Shown here: in pieces, positions 25,749-31,061 of the stretch | Position numbering within the stretch: the stretch's first letter is position 1 | How the letters are laid out: each line of letters starts with the position of its first letter | Origin: a virus | Taxonomy: Duplodnaviria > Caudoviricetes | Length of the DNA: 31,061 bases | Strand: one strand, 5' to 3' | Virus record (IMG/VR): IMGVR_UViG_3300048880_000152 | Location: 1 to 31,061 of that record | Program-made: the position numbers and the translations under genes | The notes under the pieces: generated by a model | What the model was told of the DNA's origin: nothing | The model's database searches: none | What the model saw: only the letters and a program-made list of their open reading frames with translations

Positions 25749-26558
25749 GTGGCAGTCCTAAAGGAAAAGCCGAAGGAAGGCGGGAGTCATTTCTACGATC
25801 TTGCCGGCAAAGCCTGCCACAAGCAGATCGGCAAGAACGGTCTGGAAAGGAATACGACTTTGCGCGATGCCAGACCGCTCGGCCTGCTCCCCAGCGTGAC
25901 GGGCATTACCGGAATCTTCGCAAAGCCCGGCTTGGAGCGGTGGAAAAGAAATGAGTTATGCCGGATAGCCTTCGAGCTTGAGCCGATTGACGGGGAGACT
26001 CTTGAAGAGTTTACGGACCGATGCCTTGTAGCGCACCAGAAGCCCGTCGAAACGGCGGCTGACTTCGGGAGCGAAGTACATGACGCCCTCGATAAATACT
26101 TCGAGGGCAAACCGATTCCCGACCATCTGCTGGAGTACGTTCAGCCGGCATTCGATTGGAAGCAAAAAAACCAGTTGGAGTTCATCGAGCGGGAGAAAAT
26201 CCTCGTAAATCCTCAACACGGGTTTGCCGGGATGGTGGACATCGTCGGGAAAGGGGCGGATGGCCAGCAGTTCATAATCGACTGGAAAACCCGGAAGACC
26301 AAGCCGAAGCAAAAAGTAACTAGTTACGACTTTCAGGTCCACCAGATAGCGGCCTATGGCGGGACTTACTTCGGGGAGAAGGAAATTCTCGAGTGTAGGG
26401 TCTACGGGGCAAACTGCTACATATCATCCACCGAACCGGGCCGCTTCGAGGTAATAAGCTATTCGCCGGTGGAGCTGGCCGAGGCGTGGAAATCCTTCGT
26501 CGCCGCCTGCGAAATCTGGCGGAGTCTGAAGAAGTACGATCCGAGGCCGGGGCAGTGA
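25749..26558 (+). CDS. PD-(D/E)XK exonuclease (Cas4/RecB-like)
   Basis: LPSVT.I, AADFGSEVH, FAGMVD...IIDWKT and Q.AAY motifs. Confidence 0.85.
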   Translation: MAVLKEKPKEGGSHFYDLAGKACHKQIGKNGLERNTTLRDARPLGLLPSVTGITGIFAKPGLERWKRNELCRIAFELEPIDGETLEEFTDRCLVAHQKPVETAADFGSEVHDALDKYFEGKPIPDHLLEYVQPAFDWKQKNQLEFIEREKILVNPQHGFAGMVDIVGKGADGQQFIIDWKTRKTKPKQKVTSYDFQVHQIAAYGGTYFGEKEILECRVYGANCYISSTEPGRFEVISYSPVELAEAWKSFVAACEIWRSLKKYDPRPGQ

Positions 26559-26761
26559 AGCGAATCAAAACGAAGAACTTAGGGGCCGCCGGCTTCGACG
26601 GGAAAAGGGTCGAATCTAAGTCTTCGATAACTCTCTGGGTAACGCCGGAGTTCAAGCGAAAGGTCCGCATCTTGGCGGCGAACTCCGGGGATGGCCACTC
26701 GGTCAGCAACTATTTGCGTCTACTTTGCAAGGAGAAGTTCGAGAAGTCGGATGAAGTTTAG
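26555..26761 (+). CDS. Ribbon-helix-helix-like DNA-binding protein
   Basis: GTG start overlapping the upstream stop (GTGA). ITLWVTPEFKRKVRILA...SVSNYLRLL. Confidence 0.6.
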   Translation: MKRIKTKNLGAAGFDGKRVESKSSITLWVTPEFKRKVRILAANSGDGHSVSNYLRLLCKEKFEKSDEV

Positions 26762-27068
26762 GGGAATAGTAATGGGCCATCATCCGATTAACGTCGGAGC
26801 CATCGTCCAAGGGAATTACTCGGAAAAATGTTATCGGGTGGAACATTCGGGAGATTCCAAGGGCGGTGGTTGGTGGATTCAGGGGCGTGATCCGGAAAGC
26901 CAACATTCTTGCGGCTGGTTCAACGGCCTCGGCAAGCGGGACGGCAATGAGATTGAGATTCTGGACGACAGTCGCCCCGACGACAAGCTGCTTATCCTCT
27001 CCGAGCCTGACCCTTGGGAGCCTGACCCGGTCCATCCGGACCAAGATGAGTTCGATTTCGCAAAGTGA
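26751..27068 (+). CDS. Hypothetical protein
   Basis: Probable start ATG 26751; tiles between neighbours. Confidence 0.55.
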   Translation: MKFRGIVMGHHPINVGAIVQGNYSEKCYRVEHSGDSKGGGWWIQGRDPESQHSCGWFNGLGKRDGNEIEILDDSRPDDKLLILSEPDPWEPDPVHPDQDEFDFAK

Positions 27069-27280
27069 AAGGCAAAGTATTCAGCCTGAAAACGAAGGCC
27101 AAGGGCGGAATGGCTCACGAAAAGGCCAGCCATCCCTCGAATCTGGAATGGAGTCCCGGCCCGCGAATGTCGGCCTCCGACAAAGTGAAATTCAACTGGG
27201 CCTGCGAGCAGTTCTTCGAGGTCAGAGGAATGCGTCCGCCTTGGGCGAGGAAAAATTTGAAACTAAAAAATTATGAATGA
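27065..27280 (+). CDS. Hypothetical protein (71 aa)
   Basis: GTGA overlap with the upstream gene. Confidence 0.6.
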   Translation: MKGKVFSLKTKAKGGMAHEKASHPSNLEWSPGPRMSASDKVKFNWACEQFFEVRGMRPPWARKNLKLKNYE

Positions 27281-27461
27281 TGAAACGACTTACAAATGCC
27301 ACAGGGAAACTGTCATCGTGGGGAAGGACGGCAGGGAGGCTACTCTCACTTTCGATCTGGAGGCGGATGCTTGGCGGCTGGAAGCGGAAACGTTCCCTAC
27401 CCTTGAGGAAGGACTTCGATCCGCCGACTGCCTCTTGGCCCCTCCGGAAATAGAGGAATGA
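27273..27461 (+). CDS. Hypothetical protein (62 aa)
   Basis: Overlaps the upstream gene and has an ATGA overlap with the polymerase start. Confidence 0.6.
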   Translation: MNDETTYKCHRETVIVGKDGREATLTFDLEADAWRLEAETFPTLEEGLRSADCLLAPPEIEE

Positions 27462-29218
27462 TAGCCGCCGATACGGAAACTTTCTGGTCGAGGCAGTATT
27501 CGATTGCTCGGCTCGGGCTGGATCGGTACGTCATGCATCCGCAGTTCAAGGTAACGCTGGTCAGCCTGCACTCCCCCGACTTTGAATGGGTAGGAACTCC
27601 CGACCAGTTGCCGGTCGAGCGGTTGGCCGGCCAGACGGTATTGGCTCACAACGCCGACTTCGATGCCACGGTTTGCCGGATGGCCATCTCGAAAGGGCAG
27701 ATGCCGGACTTTCAAGCGGCCCGCTGGATTTGCACGGCGGACATGTCCGCTTGGCATCAGTATCCCCGAAGTCTGAAAGGAGCATACAAACATTTGTTCG
27801 GCGAAGACCTTTCTAAAGACGCGCGAGACGAAATGAAGGGGCTTACCCCGGAAGTAATAGCGGCCAACCCGGCCTTCAGAGAGTACGCCCTGTCGGACGC
27901 CCGAGCCTGCTATCGCATTTATGAAGCACTCGCCCCAAGTTTTCCGGAGTTCGAGTTTATCCTTTCAGAGCTAACTCGATTAATAGCCGCGCGAGGCTTG
28001 CCGGTGGATTCGCGACTCTGTCAGACCTTCATCGACGATCTGGACAAAATTAAGGATGGCTACGAGGCGGCCATTATTTGGCGAGCCGGCCACAACCCGG
28101 CTCCGATAACTTCGCCTCTGGCCCTCGGCGATGCCTGCCGACTCGCCGGCATCGAGCCGCCTACCTCGACTAACGAGGACGATCCGGCCTGCATGAAGTG
28201 GAAGTCGGCCCATCCCGAGCAGGCCAAGTGGCTCGATGCAATGTCCGGCTGGCGGAAGGCGAACAAGCTTCAAGAATCCCTTTATGGTTTAATCTTGAGG
28301 AAGCGTCCGGATAGCCGAGTAAGCACTCGACTGAAATTCTGCGGAGCGCAACATACTGCTCGGTTTTCCGGGTCAGGCGGACTGAACTTCCAAGCGATTC
28401 CTCGGGGCGAAATCAAGGGGATTAGCATGAAGAAATGCCTAGCCGCTCCCGCCGGCAAAGTTCTCGTCTCGGTGGACCTTTCTCAGATCGAGCCGCGAAT
28501 CCTTCACTGGCTTGCCGGCGACATGGAGTTCCTGTCGCTAGTGAGCGGAGGCATCGACCTCTACGAAGCTCATGGCAGGGCGTCAGGCTTGTATAACGAG
28601 GATGAGCCTATGAAGGACTTCGCCCCGGAGCTTAGACATCTCTGCAAGGCTCGGACGCTCGGCCTTGGCTACGGCTGCGGGGCCGGCAAATTTGCCTCCG
28701 TTGCGGAAGCCCTGACCGGCGGGAAGCTCAAGCTCTCGCCGGCAGTAGCTCGCCAGCAAGTGGCGGCATATCGCCAGCAGAATCCTCTGATCATTGCCCT
28801 CTGGGAAAAGGTCGAGGCATTCGTCCGACAACAGGCCAAGAACGAGCCGGAGTGCGCAGTCATCGAGACTCGATCCGGCAAGCCGATCCGATACTGGGAC
28901 GTCGAGTTCTCCGGCAAGAAGGACGAAATGTCCGGGTCAACCGTCAAGGGCGGTCCTCGCAAGAAATTGTATGGCCCGATGCTGGTGGAGAACCTCGTTC
29001 AGGCCACGGCTCGATGCTGTCTTGGCGAGATGCTCATAAAGGCCGAAGCCGCCGGCCTGCCGGTCTGCCTGCATGTCCATGACTCGATCACGGTCGAAGT
29101 GGCCGAGTCGGAGGGAGTGGCGGCCCTCGGCCTTCTGGTCGAGATTATGAGCAAAGCCCCAAGCTGGGCGGAGGGACTGCCTCTGGCCGCCGAGGGCGAG
29201 ATTCGGAGGCACTACTGA
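27458..29218 (+). CDS. polA: DNA polymerase family A with 3'-5' exonuclease, no 5'-3' exonuclease
   Basis: Exo motifs DTET, AHNADFD and YALSDA. Polymerase motifs TARFSG...NFQ, A (DLSQIEPR), B (R...KARTLGLGYG) and C (HVHDS). Confidence 0.95.
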   Translation: MIAADTETFWSRQYSIARLGLDRYVMHPQFKVTLVSLHSPDFEWVGTPDQLPVERLAGQTVLAHNADFDATVCRMAISKGQMPDFQAARWICTADMSAWHQYPRSLKGAYKHLFGEDLSKDARDEMKGLTPEVIAANPAFREYALSDARACYRIYEALAPSFPEFEFILSELTRLIAARGLPVDSRLCQTFIDDLDKIKDGYEAAIIWRAGHNPAPITSPLALGDACRLAGIEPPTSTNEDDPACMKWKSAHPEQAKWLDAMSGWRKANKLQESLYGLILRKRPDSRVSTRLKFCGAQHTARFSGSGGLNFQAIPRGEIKGISMKKCLAAPAGKVLVSVDLSQIEPRILHWLAGDMEFLSLVSGGIDLYEAHGRASGLYNEDEPMKDFAPELRHLCKARTLGLGYGCGAGKFASVAEALTGGKLKLSPAVARQQVAAYRQQNPLIIALWEKVEAFVRQQAKNEPECAVIETRSGKPIRYWDVEFSGKKDEMSGSTVKGGPRKKLYGPMLVENLVQATARCCLGEMLIKAEAAGLPVCLHVHDSITVEVAESEGVAALGLLVEIMSKAPSWAEGLPLAAEGEIRRHY

Positions 29219-29334
29219 TGAAACGCCTCTTCGAGTACGCCATCTACTGGGGCTTATTCCTCGTCGCCATAGCACTCTGGGCATGGGCCTTAACGGGATT
29301 TACCATCGCAGTCTTTTTCCCATTACCGAGATGA
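29218..29334 (+). CDS. Small membrane protein (38 aa, MKRLFEYAIYWGLFLVAIALWAWALTGFTIAVFFPLPR)
   Basis: Translated by hand. TGATG overlap upstream and ATGA overlap downstream. Confidence 0.6.
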   Translation: MKRLFEYAIYWGLFLVAIALWAWALTGFTIAVFFPLPR

Positions 29335-29810
29335 ATATGAATGAAAGACTAATTGGCCTATGCGGCCCCAAAGGCGTAGGCAAAACGACCTTCGCCCAGC
29401 AACAGGACGCCCGAGTTCTCTCATTCGCCAGCCCAATCAAGCGGATGTTGAAGCAGATTTTACCGCCGGGCGACTGGCTCGGAGAGCGGAAGGAAGACCA
29501 GCTTCCCGGCTTCCCCGAGGGAATAACGGCTCGCGTTATGCTTCAGACGCTCGGAACGGAGTGGGGCAGGGCAACGGTCGACCCGGATATCTGGGCAAAG
29601 GCCGCCATGCGGGAGGCCGAGTATTTTATGCATACCGATTCCAAAGTAATCTTCGACGACGTAAGATTCGCAAACGAAGCAGTGGCCATCCGGAACGCCG
29701 GCGGTCGGGTTTACCGGGTAAGCCGAAAGGATTTTGAAGTATCAACTGACAACCATATATCGGAACTCGGCCTGCCGGCTGAACTGATAGACGGGGAGAT
29801 AGAATTATGA
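29331..29810 (+). CDS. Deoxynucleoside monophosphate kinase
   Basis: P-loop GPKGVGKT, SFA.PIK, R..LQ.LGTEWGR and DDVRF.NE. Start placed at ATG 29331. Confidence 0.9.
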   Translation: MNMNERLIGLCGPKGVGKTTFAQQQDARVLSFASPIKRMLKQILPPGDWLGERKEDQLPGFPEGITARVMLQTLGTEWGRATVDPDIWAKAAMREAEYFMHTDSKVIFDDVRFANEAVAIRNAGGRVYRVSRKDFEVSTDNHISELGLPAELIDGEIEL

Positions 29811-29959
29811 GCGAAGAAAACTGGAAAAAAACGGTGGACGTCCGGCTAGGCGAGGAGCCGTTCCCCGCAGCCGAATATGAATGCACGAAGTGCGGCTACG
29901 TCTGGCCCGACACTGAAGAACCTCGATGCGTCTGCGAGGAAGAGGAGATCGAGGCATGA
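29807..29959 (+). CDS. Small acidic Cys-motif protein (50 aa; CTKC...CVC)
   Basis: Translated by hand. ATGA overlaps at both ends. Confidence 0.65.
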   Translation: MSEENWKKTVDVRLGEEPFPAAEYECTKCGYVWPDTEEPRCVCEEEEIEA

Positions 29960-30126
29960 CCGACCCGGACTTCAGCCACGAAGACGATCCGGAGGACGTG
30001 AAGCAGGACTGGATCAATAGACAGTCCCGCGAGGGCTGGACGACCTGCCCGGCCTGCGGGACGACCGTCCATGACGACGACATAGCGGAAGGAACAGGCT
30101 GCTTATGCCCGGACGATGAAGCTTAA
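29956..30126 (+). CDS. Small acidic Cys-motif protein (56 aa; CPAC...CLC)
   Basis: GAGGAG upstream and ATGA overlap; start at 29956 rather than 29926. Confidence 0.65.
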   Translation: MTDPDFSHEDDPEDVKQDWINRQSREGWTTCPACGTTVHDDDIAEGTGCLCPDDEA

Positions 30127-30979
30127 TAGCCAGTTTTCCATGTGGGCCGAGAAGTACGATTCGGGCGAACGCTTTCATGCCTTCCTGCTCGCTTTTACCG
30201 TGCAGATAGCTCAGGCCATGCCCGACTTCGACGAGGCGTATGCCTACTGCGAGAAAGCCCTCGTTCACTTCGCTCGGCGTGAGCTTCAGCCGAACGAGCT
30301 GACGAACGCATTGGCCGGGGCTTACGAGCGGATCGGACGAGATGACGTCGGGCGTGGCCCTCGCCGGGAAACGCTCGAGCCAACGGGCGACGTGGCCAAG
30401 CACTACGGAAAGGCCGGCTCTGTCGAGAGGCTCAAGGTCAAGTCTTGTCAGGACTTTCTGTACGGCGACAAAACGGGCGAACTCCTGCTCGATTTGTTCG
30501 AGCCTGACGAATGGATTTCCATCGCCCATAATGCATTCGATTCAGCCGGCTCGGTCAAAACGGCTCTCGAATGGTCGGCCTGTCCGGACCTAGCCGAGTA
30601 TCAGTTCATTTGCCCGAACGTATTTAATCCGCAGGCCGACTCCAGACGGGCCGTACACGCCGCCGGCTGGCGTTACATGGTACATGAAACGGATGACGCC
30701 GGCGTGGACTTCGACCAGCAGGTCGGGCCGATCCTAGCCCTCGAAGAAATCCTTCCACTGAAGCTGGTAACGTTCTCCGCCGGCAAGTCGCTTCATGCAT
30801 GGTATTCGCTTGCCGGCCAGCCCCACAAGGCTCGCGAATTTCTCGATGCCTCGCAACGGCTAGGCGGCGATCCGGCCTTCGAGCGATTCACTCAACTCTC
30901 ACGCCTGCCCGGCGGCTCACGCCCCGGTAAAGGCCCGCAGTCCATTCTTTTTCATTCCATCGGGCATAGAGTCGGATGA
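30116..30979 (+). CDS. Primase-like protein, archaeo-eukaryotic primase (RepB/PrimPol-type) superfamily
   Basis: CPN, YMVHETDD (ExD), SAGKSLHAWY and DP......LSRLPG motifs. Confidence 0.7.
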   Translation: MKLNSQFSMWAEKYDSGERFHAFLLAFTVQIAQAMPDFDEAYAYCEKALVHFARRELQPNELTNALAGAYERIGRDDVGRGPRRETLEPTGDVAKHYGKAGSVERLKVKSCQDFLYGDKTGELLLDLFEPDEWISIAHNAFDSAGSVKTALEWSACPDLAEYQFICPNVFNPQADSRRAVHAAGWRYMVHETDDAGVDFDQQVGPILALEEILPLKLVTFSAGKSLHAWYSLAGQPHKAREFLDASQRLGGDPAFERFTQLSRLPGGSRPGKGPQSILFHSIGHRVG

Positions 30980-31061
30980 CGCATCCGGACGCGAATTATC
31001 TTCTTTCGTTGTTGAACACCGCTGGAATCTCTCAATAAACAAAAATGGGCCGCCCCATCAG

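Noticed and set aside
25675-25761. 28-aa Arg-rich ORF (MRRFIRKTIHRLLVIRRAVREALRPWQS)
   Set aside because: It has a TGATG overlap but is too short to support and contains the next gene's RBS region; left uncalled.
8-30529. Numerous minus-strand and nested ORFs in the track
   Set aside because: They shadow well-supported + strand genes in GC-rich DNA and show no recognisable motifs.
3-30979. Stop-codon reassignment or capsid frameshift
   Set aside because: Genes tile densely in the standard code using TAA, TAG and TGA, and no extension frame follows the capsid stop before the terminator.
30976-31061. 20-codon ORF and a further ATG at 31045
   Set aside because: Too short or truncated by the window edge to assign.

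Overview
This window is about 31 kb of a tailed dsDNA bacteriophage with a podovirus-type layout. All credible genes lie on the + strand and tile tightly in the standard genetic code. The order is: portal (5'-truncated), small ORFs, a PD-(D/E)XK endonuclease, scaffold, major capsid, intrinsic terminator, adaptor and tail-fibre genes, a membrane/lipoprotein cluster, tail nozzle, beta-helix tailspike, and ejected-type proteins including a 2529-aa polyvalent protein. After an intergenic stretch comes a replication module: HTH, RuvC-like resolvase, SSB-like protein, exonuclease, family A DNA polymerase, dNMP kinase and primase-like protein. No terminase, integrase, endolysin, RNA polymerase or CRISPR array was recognised. 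The most striking observation is a 63-nt RNA at 23504-23566 that reproduces the tRNA-like domain of tmRNA (G3-U70 alanine acceptor stem, encoded CCA) with the whole mRNA-like domain replaced by a 4-nt loop. That loop also holds the stop codon of an overlapping 56-aa ORF. Second, the giant protein is divided into modules by six [F/Y]MP motifs downstream of an HExxH peptidase motif. All product calls are by-eye motif and synteny recognition; no searches were run.
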